Part shown: positions 27,229-36,027 of the stretch, piece by piece
Numbering within the stretch: the stretch's first letter is position 1
Layout of the letters: each line of letters starts with the position of its first letter
From: Deltaproteobacteria bacterium
GTDB taxonomy: Bacteria; Desulfobacterota; Binatia; UBA9968
DNA length: 64,000 nucleotides
Assembly: GCA_005879605.1 (NCBI GenBank)
Contig: VBKE01000002.1
Location: forward strand, 5,379-69,378
Direction of reading: 5' to 3'
Position numbers and translations under genes: made by a program
Notes under the pieces: model-generated
Databases searched by the model: none
What the model was told of the DNA's origin: nothing
What the model saw: only the letters and a program-made list of their open reading frames with translations

Positions 27229-28254
27229 ATGGTGAGGTTAAGACCCAAATTCCTTGAAACCGTTTTTACTATCGCGCTCCTGATCGGCCTTACCCACTCC
27301 ACGTCGGCTCAGGAGAAAATCAGGCTGAGCTACTCAGCGCTGAGCCCGAGCACGGCGTTCCTGTGGATTCCGCGCGAAAAGGCTTTTTTTAAAAAGCATG
27401 GCCTCGACGCTGAGATCATTTTGATCGAGAGCGGCACGTTAACTTCCCAAGCGCTAGCCTCCGGTGAAATCGGCATCGCCGACAATGCCGGCGCGCCGGC
27501 CATCATCTCCAATGCGTCGGGATCGGGCGAAACGATCATCATGGGCCTGGTGAACTCGCTGGAGTACAACATGGTCTCCACGAAGCAGGTCAAAGACCTC
27601 GCTGACCTCAAGGGGAAGAGAATCGGTGTCAGCCGCATCGGCAGCTCATCGCACGCGGCGGCCGAGATCGCCCTGGACCATTTCAAGCTCGACGCCAAGC
27701 GCGACCATATCACGTTTGTTCAGAGTGGAACGATGACGACTCGGGTCGCCGGGCTCCGGGTCGGAGCCATCGATGCTACCGTGGTGGATCCCGCCTTCGT
27801 GCCGTTCATGCTCAAAGAAGGATACAAAGACCTCGGGTATCTCGGAAAATTCGGCATCCCGTACCAGCATGAGTCGCTGGATAGCAGCAAAGCCTATCTG
27901 GCAAAGCATCGTGACACGGCGCTGAAGGCCGTGAGAGGCATCATCGAGGGAATCGCTTTCATCGCGCAAGAACGAAACAGCTCTGAAGTGAAGCGGGTCC
28001 TGGGGAAATATCTCAAGTTCGACGATCCGTCTAAGATCGACGATGCATACAAGTCGCTGAGAGGCTACGCGCTGAATATTCGCAAACCTTATCCCACCAA
28101 CGAGGGCGTCAACTCCTTGATCAATTTTCTTGCGAAATTTAATCCCAAAGTGGCGAAGCTCACGGCGCAGGATGTTGTCGATGCGAGTTTGGTTGAAGAG
28201 CTCGAAAAAAACGGCTTTATTGACGCCGTTTACAAGGAAGCGCAGGGAAGATAA
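27229..28254 (+). CDS. NMT1/THI5-like ABC substrate-binding protein (NitT/TauT family)
   Basis: ATG at 27229 after AAGGAGG. Signal peptide, FFKKHGLDAEII, DLKGKRIGVSRIGS. Confidence 0.75.
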   Translation: MVRLRPKFLETVFTIALLIGLTHSTSAQEKIRLSYSALSPSTAFLWIPREKAFFKKHGLDAEIILIESGTLTSQALASGEIGIADNAGAPAIISNASGSGETIIMGLVNSLEYNMVSTKQVKDLADLKGKRIGVSRIGSSSHAAAEIALDHFKLDAKRDHITFVQSGTMTTRVAGLRVGAIDATVVDPAFVPFMLKEGYKDLGYLGKFGIPYQHESLDSSKAYLAKHRDTALKAVRGIIEGIAFIAQERNSSEVKRVLGKYLKFDDPSKIDDAYKSLRGYALNIRKPYPTNEGVNSLINFLAKFNPKVAKLTAQDVVDASLVEELEKNGFIDAVYKEAQGR

Positions 28255-28282
28255 TCGTCAGATTCCTTCCACCGGAGCGCGC

Positions 28283-28969
28283 CTACTCGCCCGCGCGCCA
28301 TTTGCCTCGCTTGGTGGGATGACGTAGCGCTCCTTGCAACCGTTTGAGAAAAATGCGGCGCGACATCTCTTTCGCGCCGAGACTCATCATGTGATCCGTG
28401 GTCATTTGCGCGTCAATGAAGTGAAAATCCCAGCCTTTTAACTTCTCCACGAGGGCCGCTAAGGCGACCTTTGACGCGTCGGTCTGGCGATGAAACATCG
28501 ATTCGCCAAAGAATGCCTTCCCCAGGGAAATTCCGTAGAGGCCGCCCACCAATTCCTCTTGAAACCAACTTTCAATGGAATGGGCATATCCGAGACCATG
28601 GAGATGGATATAGGCCGCCTGCATCTCCTGGGTAATCCAAGTACCGCTCTGCCCTTCGCGCGGGACCGATGCACAGGCTTGAATCACCTCATCGAACGCG
28701 CGATCGAAGGTGACCTGAAAAATTCCCTTCTTGAGAGTTTTGCGCAGGCTTCGGGAAATTTTGAAATCTCCGAGTTCAAGGACCAAACGGGGATCGGGCG
28801 ACCACCAAAGTATCGGCTGGTCCTCCGAATACCAGGGAAAAATCCCCACGCGATAGGCTTCCAAAAGCCGCTCGTTCGACAGGTCGCCGCCGACCGCCAA
28901 TAGCCCGCTGGGATCGGCATACTCTGGCGGTGGAAAGACCAGCTCTTCTACAAGGCGATAGATAGGCAT
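28283..28969 (-). CDS. aat: Leucyl/phenylalanyl-tRNA--protein transferase
   Basis: GLLAVGGDLS..LLEAYRVGIFPWYS..PILWWSPDPR, GTWIT, GYAHSIE, ELVGGLYG, FFGESMF. Confidence 0.9.
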   Translation of the reverse strand: MPIYRLVEELVFPPPEYADPSGLLAVGGDLSNERLLEAYRVGIFPWYSEDQPILWWSPDPRLVLELGDFKISRSLRKTLKKGIFQVTFDRAFDEVIQACASVPREGQSGTWITQEMQAAYIHLHGLGYAHSIESWFQEELVGGLYGISLGKAFFGESMFHRQTDASKVALAALVEKLKGWDFHFIDAQMTTDHMMSLGAKEMSRRIFLKRLQGALRHPTKRGKWRAGE

Positions 28970-29079
28970 AGGACGACCGCCACGCATTTTACCTTCTGCC
29001 GCAGCTTTTTCACACTCGGTCAGGAGCTTGCAAATTCACACCCTAAAAGCCTATGCTTTGCTAGCTGAAGGAGAACGTC

Positions 29080-29448
29080 ATGTTCAAGCGCATCGACCAC
29101 GTCGCCATCCACGTCAGCGATCTCAATCGCTCCGTTGCCTTCTACGAAAAACACTTCGGCTTCAAAAAGTATTTTCAGCACGCCGCCACGGGCGGATTGC
29201 AGATCGCCTATCTGAAACTCGGCGACACCGTCTTGGAATTGACTCACAAATCCGACGGCGCCGTGGCCGGCTTTCATTTCTGCTTGGAAACGGACAACTT
29301 CGCCGAAACAGTCGAGGATCTTCAGAAACAAGGCGTGCGGCTGGTTCGCCCGCCCCACGACACTGCCGCGCGCGAGCCCAGAGAAACCGGCTGGCGCCGT
29401 GTCGTTTTCGGCGGACCCGACGGCGAGCAGATTGAGCTAAGAGGCTAG
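29080..29448 (+). CDS. VOC family protein (glyoxalase I / methylmalonyl-CoA epimerase-like)
   Basis: IDHVAIHVSDL..S..FY and a GFHFC.E metal-ligand pattern; 122 aa. Confidence 0.7.
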   Translation: MFKRIDHVAIHVSDLNRSVAFYEKHFGFKKYFQHAATGGLQIAYLKLGDTVLELTHKSDGAVAGFHFCLETDNFAETVEDLQKQGVRLVRPPHDTAAREPRETGWRRVVFGGPDGEQIELRG

Positions 29449-29466
29449 TTTGAAATTGGAGGCGTT

Positions 29467-29775
29467 GTGAGCGAGCAAAAATCCATCACCATCCAGCTGA
29501 TCTGCCCTTGCTGCGATGCGATCTTAACAATCGATCCGTCCCTCCCTGCCATCTTGGATCATAAGCTTCCTCCCAAGCCACAGGTTGTCGCACAAATGAA
29601 GGATGTGGGAAAACATCTGCAACAGGAAGCGACTCGCCGTGACGAGAAGATTCAGCAGATCGTCGAAGCGGAAAAAAACAAGTCAAAGGTGCTGGAGGCT
29701 AAATTTCAGGAACTGCTGAAGAAGGCCAAAGAAGAGCCGATCACGAAGCCGCTGAAGGATATTGATTTGGATTGA
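29467..29775 (+). CDS. Hypothetical protein with an N-terminal CPCC half zinc-ribbon-like motif and a Lys/Glu-rich helical tail
   Basis: 102-aa ORF with a GTG start 18 nt after the VOC stop. Confidence 0.4.
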   Translation: MSEQKSITIQLICPCCDAILTIDPSLPAILDHKLPPKPQVVAQMKDVGKHLQQEATRRDEKIQQIVEAEKNKSKVLEAKFQELLKKAKEEPITKPLKDIDLD

Positions 29776-29840
29776 CGGGCCATATATCCAGCTCGCCGAC
29801 TCACAGATGTCGAAATTAGTGGAGACCGCTCGGATTAATC

Positions 29841-29993
29841 CTAGCCGCGCCGCTTAAAATACTGCACCGCCCGTTCATGTCTCTCGGCGGCAGCGCGTGT
29901 TTTAAACGTCCCGAGGTTCTTGCGCTTCCCGGTCTTAGAATCCTTCTTCTTGGAATATAACCGATATTCCCCTGACGCGAGTTTACGAATCAT
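29841..29993 (-). CDS. Small basic protein (50 aa), not in the ORF track
   Basis: My own translation is MIRKLASGEYRLYSKKKDSKTGKRKNLGTFKTRAAAERHERAVQYFKRRG, with AGAGGG about 8 nt upstream. It resembles small conserved hypotheticals I recall from other bacteria. Confidence 0.5.
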   Translation of the reverse strand: MIRKLASGEYRLYSKKKDSKTGKRKNLGTFKTRAAAERHERAVQYFKRRG

Positions 29994-30147
29994 GACGAAA
30001 CCCTCTGCTTAATATCCGCTCCAAAAATTTCTCTAGTTTTAGTTAATGATATTGATCGGCATAGCGCAACTCTGGAGATCGTTTACTGGAGTCTCATAAA
30101 ATTTCCCGGATTGCTTTTCTAGACAAATTGCCGATAAAAAGAACCTA

Positions 30148-31161
30148 ATGACCATGCGCGCCATGCAGTTGGAAAAACCCGGTGAACCCCTGCGCAAAGC
30201 AGAACTGCCGGTACCTGGACTTGGTGCCGGTCAGTTACTGATCCGTGTGCGCGCCTGCGCGGTTTGCAGAACTGATCTTCATGTGGTCGATGGCGAGCTG
30301 ACTCAACCCAAACTTCCCCTCATCCCCGGGCACGAAATCGTGGGTACGATCGAAGCAAAAGGCCAGGACGTACAACGCTTCAAGATCGGCGATCGTGTCG
30401 GCATTCCGTGGCTGGGTTGGAGTTGCGACGTTTGCTCATACTGCCGTGCAGGGCAGGAGAATCTATGCGATCAGGCCCGCTTCACAGGTTACACACTCGA
30501 CGGCGGCTACGCGGAATACACAGTGGCCGATCAGCGCTTCTGTTTTCCGATCCCGGATACCTATAGCGATGCGGCAGCGGCACCCCTCTTATGCGCAGGG
30601 CTGATCGGATACCGGAGTCTGGTGAAGGCCGGAAATGGCAAACGGCTAGGTATTTACGGATTCGGCGCGGCAGCGCACATCATCGCGCAAGTCGCGCGTT
30701 ATCAGAAGCGCGAGATCTACGCCTTCACGCGTCCGGGGGACAAGGAAGCGGAGAAGTTTGCAATCGAACTCGGTTCGGTTTGGGCTGGCGGTTCGAACGA
30801 ATTGCCGCCAACAAAACTCGATGCCGCAATCATCTTCGCTCCTGTTGGGGATCTTGTGCCGCTCGCTTTGAAGGCCGTCACCAAAGGAGGCATCGTCGTC
30901 TGCGGCGGCATCCATATGAGCGATATTCCGTCCTTTCCTTACGAAATCTTATGGGAAGAGCGCTCGATTTGTTCCGTCGCCAATCTTACGCGCCGTGACG
31001 GCGAAGAATTTCTCGCCTTGGCGCCAAAAGTTCCGGTCAGCACTGAAGTTCAAACTTTTCCGTTAGAAGAGGCGAACGAAGCTTTGGCCCGTCTGCGCTC
31101 CGGAAAGATACGGGGCGCGGCGGTGTTAACTATGAACCGGACCAATTTGGCTCAGGTTTGA
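30148..31161 (+). CDS. Zinc-dependent alcohol dehydrogenase (MDR family)
   Basis: CAVCRTDLH, GHEIVG, structural zinc CDVCSYCRAGQENLC, GFGAAAH Rossmann motif. Confidence 0.85.
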   Translation: MTMRAMQLEKPGEPLRKAELPVPGLGAGQLLIRVRACAVCRTDLHVVDGELTQPKLPLIPGHEIVGTIEAKGQDVQRFKIGDRVGIPWLGWSCDVCSYCRAGQENLCDQARFTGYTLDGGYAEYTVADQRFCFPIPDTYSDAAAAPLLCAGLIGYRSLVKAGNGKRLGIYGFGAAAHIIAQVARYQKREIYAFTRPGDKEAEKFAIELGSVWAGGSNELPPTKLDAAIIFAPVGDLVPLALKAVTKGGIVVCGGIHMSDIPSFPYEILWEERSICSVANLTRRDGEEFLALAPKVPVSTEVQTFPLEEANEALARLRSGKIRGAAVLTMNRTNLAQV

Positions 31162-31622
31162 TCCGCTTCCTTTCCTCTTACGCGCATATATTGCGACCAA
31201 TTCGCGTGTTCTTTAGAAATGGTATTTTCGATACGCTGGACGAAGAGAGGAAACGGATCACCCTGGTCGTATGGCGGAGTTTTGGTAAGAAATAGATATT
31301 TTTCTTGCTTCAATGCCTCACAGGTAGTTCGGTAACCGGTCCACAGCTCTTGAAATTGGTACACACCGAGGACGCCGGCTATGACTGCGACTAGGAGTCC
31401 AAGACCGCCGACGATGAGCTTAATGGGAGCGATTGTGTCCGCGTACGCCGCTAGCAAAGGGATCGCAGCTGCAGCAACAATTTCCACAATCCGCAGCAAC
31501 CTGAACCATTGCTGATTATTCTCGCTCTTCCGGTTGTACCAATCGATTTGGCGATCAACTCGATTTTGAATGTACTCGTCCTGATTCATTGCAAACTCAC
31601 TACGGTTGGCCGACAACGCCAC
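31152..31622 (-). CDS. DUF4231-like two-TM protein (SLATT-related, by recollection)
   Basis: RQIDWYNRKSENNQQWFRLLRIVEIVAAAAIPLLA, then a second TM, then YRTTCEALKQEKYLF. The start is 31622 or 31589. Confidence 0.6.
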   Translation of the reverse strand: MALSANRSEFAMNQDEYIQNRVDRQIDWYNRKSENNQQWFRLLRIVEIVAAAAIPLLAAYADTIAPIKLIVGGLGLLVAVIAGVLGVYQFQELWTGYRTTCEALKQEKYLFLTKTPPYDQGDPFPLFVQRIENTISKEHANWSQYMRVRGKEADQT

Positions 31623-31631
31623 TGAACTTTA

Positions 31632-32630
31632 TCATTTTTCATACAGCTTCTTGATAAACCCGCCTTTATCGAGCTCCTCGACAAAACTCGGATCCACGAA
31701 CTCCTCTGGCTTGTGTTTATAGACATCCGGCCGCGTCAGTGCGACGTATTCGTAGCTAGTCTTCATTCCCTTTGTATTAGGGTAGGGAGCGGGCAGCCGG
31801 TATTTGGCGAACAGCTCCCATGACTCCTGGGCCAACGAATCGTCGTCCAAGCGAAGTGTTTTCTTGATCACCTTCTTGGCGAATTCAGGATCCTTTTTGA
31901 AAAGCGCAATCCCCTCAAGGTGGGCTCGCATATATCGCATCACCAGGTCGCGATCGCGTTGAATTTGGGAGCGCGTCGTTGCAATCTCGCTCCAGGGATA
32001 CTCGACTTCTTTGAAAAAATCCCAGAGCAACGTAAAGCCCGCTCTCTGGGCGAGGATGAATTGCGGGTGTCCTAGGGTTGCCGCCGGAATCTTACCCAGC
32101 TTCAGAGCGAGCAGTCGCTCCGAGTCGGTGCCGATCTGCAGGAGCGCAAAATCTTTATCCGGATTGAGCCCCTTTATTCTGGCAAGATGGCGCACGAGAA
32201 AATCCGCGAGCGAGCCGAACGTTGTGACCCCAATGGTTTTTCCTTTGAGATCTTCCGTTTTCTTGATGTCGGGCCGCACCATGAGCGATTGAATGACCCC
32301 GGGCATCGTGTGGGCCAAGATCACCATGTCGGAGCCCGCCAGCACCGCACTCATAACCGCCGGAGTAGTGATCGGCGAGATCGCCACGCTGCCTGCGACG
32401 AGAGCCCTGGAAGCTATGCCGGAGCCTTGCATAACGACGACATCCGCGTCGAGACCGTGCTTTTCAAAGAGCTTCGCCTCCTGAGTGAAAAAAATAATCA
32501 TATTGCCCATGCTGACGGCGGGGACACCGACGTGGATCTTCTTCAGTCCTTTACTCTGGGCAAAGCTCGTCGATGATAAAGCAAGGGCTCCAAGAAGCAT
32601 CAACGACAACATGAATCGACGGTGAATCAT
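31632..32630 (-). CDS. NMT1/THI5-like ABC substrate-binding protein
   Basis: Signal peptide, FEKHGLDADVV, DLKGKTIGVT. Its C-terminus is nearly identical to that of 41360-42364. Confidence 0.75.
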   Translation of the reverse strand: MIHRRFMLSLMLLGALALSSTSFAQSKGLKKIHVGVPAVSMGNMIIFFTQEAKLFEKHGLDADVVVMQGSGIASRALVAGSVAISPITTPAVMSAVLAGSDMVILAHTMPGVIQSLMVRPDIKKTEDLKGKTIGVTTFGSLADFLVRHLARIKGLNPDKDFALLQIGTDSERLLALKLGKIPAATLGHPQFILAQRAGFTLLWDFFKEVEYPWSEIATTRSQIQRDRDLVMRYMRAHLEGIALFKKDPEFAKKVIKKTLRLDDDSLAQESWELFAKYRLPAPYPNTKGMKTSYEYVALTRPDVYKHKPEEFVDPSFVEELDKGGFIKKLYEK

Positions 32631-32744
32631 AAATACCCCAGTTCAGAGCATCTCTGTTGGCATATAGTCCTGACTTTCGAGACTTGTCAATGTAAAACGC
32701 CAACGTTGACAAACTCTACCGTTTTGAATAAGTCAAAAACCATC

Positions 32745-33764
32745 ATGTTGCCCAAAGTAGCCCGAGACACCCTGCTGGATTTTTGCCGCCGGATGTTCGT
32801 CATTCGCCACTTCGAAGAGAGTTTGGTTCCGCTCCACGACAAAGGAGTTTTCGGCGGACATTATCATCTTTACATCGGCCAAGAAGCCACCGGAGTTCCC
32901 GCGCTCTCGTGTCTCAGAGCGGACGATTATCTTTTCACCACGCACAGGAATCATGGCCATCTGCTCGCCCGCGGCGCCGATCCGAAGAAACTCTGCGCGG
33001 AAATCTTGGGGCGCGCCGACGGCTATAACAAAGGCAAGGGCGGATCGTTTCATACCGTTGTTCCTTCATTGGGTTTTCTCCATACTTCTGCCGTCGTCGC
33101 CGGTATCATTCCACTCGCCACCGGCGCGGCATACGCGTCGAAGGCGCTGAAGAACGGCCGCATCACCGTTTGCCTCTTCGGCGACGGCGCGTTGGAAGAA
33201 GGCGCTGCCCCCGAGGCCTTCAATCTGGCATCGCTTTGGAAGCTTCCTGTGCTGTTTCTCTGCGAGAACAACGGCAAATACGGCGCCGGTCGGGCCACGG
33301 GCGCCGCGCAGTCATCGACGATGGCGGCCCATCCGCTGACCGACCTTCCCAAAGCGTACAAAGTTCCGGCGCAGCAGGTTGATGGCCTCGATTCGGGCAC
33401 GGTTCATGCCACCATTTCACAAGCGGTCGAAAAGATTCGCCGCGGTGAAGGGCCGCAGTTCATCGAGGCGCAAACCGTGCGCTGGCCCGGCAGTGAAAGC
33501 AACTGGCCGGTGGTATTGCAGAATACCAACGCGTCGCTGGCCTGGGACGTTAATGCCGTTCCGGAAAAAGTGCGCGAGTGGTATCGCTCGTGCGATCCGC
33601 TATTGATCTACACTCGGGAGCTGGTCGAAGCGAAGCAAGCCACGCGTGAAGAGATTGCTGCGATCGATAGAAAAGTCAAAGCAGAGATCGATGAAGCGGT
33701 GAAGGTCGCCGTGTCGAGTCCATATCCGAAGCCCGAAGAGGCGGCAAAGGATTATTTTGCCTGA
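32745..33764 (+). CDS. ThDP-dependent 2-oxoacid/acetoin dehydrogenase E1 component, alpha subunit (pair 1)
   Basis: ATG at 32745. YIGQEA, HRNHGH, ThDP motif GDGALEEG..x..LCENNG. Confidence 0.8.
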   Translation: MLPKVARDTLLDFCRRMFVIRHFEESLVPLHDKGVFGGHYHLYIGQEATGVPALSCLRADDYLFTTHRNHGHLLARGADPKKLCAEILGRADGYNKGKGGSFHTVVPSLGFLHTSAVVAGIIPLATGAAYASKALKNGRITVCLFGDGALEEGAAPEAFNLASLWKLPVLFLCENNGKYGAGRATGAAQSSTMAAHPLTDLPKAYKVPAQQVDGLDSGTVHATISQAVEKIRRGEGPQFIEAQTVRWPGSESNWPVVLQNTNASLAWDVNAVPEKVREWYRSCDPLLIYTRELVEAKQATREEIAAIDRKVKAEIDEAVKVAVSSPYPKPEEAAKDYFA

Positions 33765-33771
33765 GTCAATT

Positions 33772-34743
33772 ATGAGAGAGCTTGCCTACTACGAAGCCAA
33801 GTTCGAAGCCTTGCATGAAATCATGGCCGCCGATGAGCGCGTGCATCTGATCAACGGTACTTTCTTAAGTTTGAGCCCGCACCGTCACGTCTTTCAGGAC
33901 CTCGTGAAAAAATATGGTGACCGCATGAAATCGCCGCCGATATCTGAACTCGGCTTCTGCGGTCTGGCTACCGGCGCCGCGATGGCAGGCCTCAGGCCGA
34001 TTGTCGACATCAGCACCGGCAGTTTCATTTTCGAAGGCTGGCCACAAGTCTGCAACGAAGCCGCCAATGCTTTTTCCATGTCGGCCGGGCAAACCCGTGT
34101 GCCCGTGGTTTTCCACCTCTTTCACGGCCTCCGCGGCGGCGGCGCCGCGCAGCACTCCGCCAGCCCGCAAGCGATGCTTTGGAACAATCCAGGACTTGAG
34201 ATCGTCCTGCCCTCTTCTCCAAGAGATGTGAAGGGACTCCTCAAAACTGCCGTCGCCAGCGATAACCCGACGATCTTTGTCGATCACGTGCAGCTTTTGG
34301 AGATCCGTGGCGAAGTGCCTGACAACGACTCGCCGATTCGCTTTGGTCAAGCCGATATCAAGCGCAAAGGCAACGACGTCACGGTGATCTCCACCTCCTA
34401 CATGGTGCAGCGTTGCTTGCAAGTTGCCGACAAGCTGGCTGGGGAGAAAATTAGCGTGGAAGTCGTGGACCCGCGCACCTTGGTGCCCTTTGATATGGCG
34501 ACGCTCATGTCATCGGTGGAAAAAACCGGCCGCGTCGTCATCGTCGATGAAACGCACCAGAGCTGCGGGGTTGCCGCGGAGATCGCGGCACGCATCGCTG
34601 AAAGCGGTTTCGACAAGCTCAAAGCGCCAGTCCGCCGCGTCGCCACGCTCGACGTGCCGGTTCCCTATAGCCCGCCTCTGGAAGAGTACATCGGTCCGAG
34701 AGAAGATCGGATTATCGAAGCTATCCGCGCAGTCCTCCGCTAG
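33772..34743 (+). CDS. E1 component beta subunit (pair 1)
   Basis: Transketolase-like Pyr and C-terminal domains (PISELGF.G.A.GAA, VVDPRTLVPFD). An alternative start lies at 33757. Confidence 0.8.
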   Translation: MRELAYYEAKFEALHEIMAADERVHLINGTFLSLSPHRHVFQDLVKKYGDRMKSPPISELGFCGLATGAAMAGLRPIVDISTGSFIFEGWPQVCNEAANAFSMSAGQTRVPVVFHLFHGLRGGGAAQHSASPQAMLWNNPGLEIVLPSSPRDVKGLLKTAVASDNPTIFVDHVQLLEIRGEVPDNDSPIRFGQADIKRKGNDVTVISTSYMVQRCLQVADKLAGEKISVEVVDPRTLVPFDMATLMSSVEKTGRVVIVDETHQSCGVAAEIAARIAESGFDKLKAPVRRVATLDVPVPYSPPLEEYIGPREDRIIEAIRAVLR

Positions 34744-34780
34744 TCGCTCGCGACTATTGCTTCCTTCCGGTCGAGAACCC

Positions 34781-35749
34781 ATGGCAAAAAAAGCGCAAAA
34801 TCAGAAGGAATTTGTGTCCCTCCTGCGCAACATGTACCTCATTCGTGCGTTCGAGGAGAAAGTTTCTGCGCTTTATGCCGCGCGGGAGATTGTCGGCTTG
34901 CTGCATCTCGGAATCGGCCAAGAGGCGGTGGCGGTTGGAACCTGTGCTCAACTCAGACAAGACGATTATGTCTTCGGTAGCCATCGTTCTCACGGCCATG
35001 CCATCGCCAAAGGAGCGGACATCAATCGACTGATGGCGGAGATCGCCGGCCGCGCGACTGGTTACTGCGCAGGCAAGGGCGGTTCGATGCATATCGTCGC
35101 CATGGATGCAGGCTTCGTCACGGCCACCGGCGTTGTCGGCGGCACGATCCCGCTTGCTTTAGGAGCGGCGTTTGCCGCAAAGGAGCGAAGCAAAGGACAA
35201 GTCGCAGTCGTCTTTTTCGGTGACGGTGCCGGACAGGCCGGCGCGTTTCACGAATCCCTCAACATCGCCAGCTTATGGCGGCTACCAGTGATCTTTGTCT
35301 GCGAGAATAACGGCTACGCAGAATTCACTCCGCTGTCGGCTCACACTAAAGTCGAACGGTTGGCCGAGCACGCCAAGACGTACGGGATTCCGAGCCGCAC
35401 CGTCGACGGCAACGATCTTTTAGCGGTGCATGATGCGATCGGCAAAGCTCTAAAACAGGCGCGCGCTGGCAAGGGACCGACGTTTGTCGAATGCCTGACT
35501 CATCGCTTGCGCGGTCATTACGAAGGTGATCCGGCAAAGTACCGCGAGCTATCGGAGCTCGCCGAATGGAAGAAAAAAGATCCTGTCGCTCGCTTTACCC
35601 GTGAGCTTAAACGTCGAAAAAAGATATCCGACAAAGAGATCGAAGCCATCGAAGCCGAGGCCCGCGACCGCACCGAAAAGGCGGCCGAGTTCGCTCTTTC
35701 CTCCCCATGGCCGGCGCCCGAAGAAGTCGACAGCCAAGTGACAGCGTAA
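34781..35749 (+). CDS. E1 component alpha subunit (pair 2)
   Basis: ATG at 34781. LHLGIGQEA, HRSHGH, GDGAGQAG..x..VCENNGYA. The ORF-track start at 34424 overlaps beta-1 and is rejected. Confidence 0.8.
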   Translation: MAKKAQNQKEFVSLLRNMYLIRAFEEKVSALYAAREIVGLLHLGIGQEAVAVGTCAQLRQDDYVFGSHRSHGHAIAKGADINRLMAEIAGRATGYCAGKGGSMHIVAMDAGFVTATGVVGGTIPLALGAAFAAKERSKGQVAVVFFGDGAGQAGAFHESLNIASLWRLPVIFVCENNGYAEFTPLSAHTKVERLAEHAKTYGIPSRTVDGNDLLAVHDAIGKALKQARAGKGPTFVECLTHRLRGHYEGDPAKYRELSELAEWKKKDPVARFTRELKRRKKISDKEIEAIEAEARDRTEKAAEFALSSPWPAPEEVDSQVTA

Positions 35750-35821
35750 TGGTAACCATTTGCCTTACAAGCAGCACGACTCAGCCCGATGAAGTTCGTT
35801 TAAAAGTCGATGTGCGATTTC

Positions 35822-35919
35822 CGTCATTGCCGCGGAAGCGGCAATCCAGGCTTGTGTTGAAGTTCCTGGATTCCGGCTCGCGCTACCCCGGACTCTGATC
35901 CGGGGTTGGCCGGAATGAC
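35822..35919 (-). repeat. Family A palindromic element (longer copy with GTCATT-type termini)
   Basis: CCGTCATTGCCGCGGAAGCGGCAATCCAGG ... CCTGGATTCCGG..CCCCGGACTCTGATCCGGGG..CCGGAATGAC. Matches 16484-16560. Confidence 0.65.
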
Positions 35920-36027
35920 ACAATGGATACGACCATGACAACGCTCTTCCCTGTCACTCTGAGCGCCGGCAAAGGGTCTCGCCCGATGGAGAGTTCCTTC
36001 GGCTTTGCCTAACAAGACGTTGTAACT

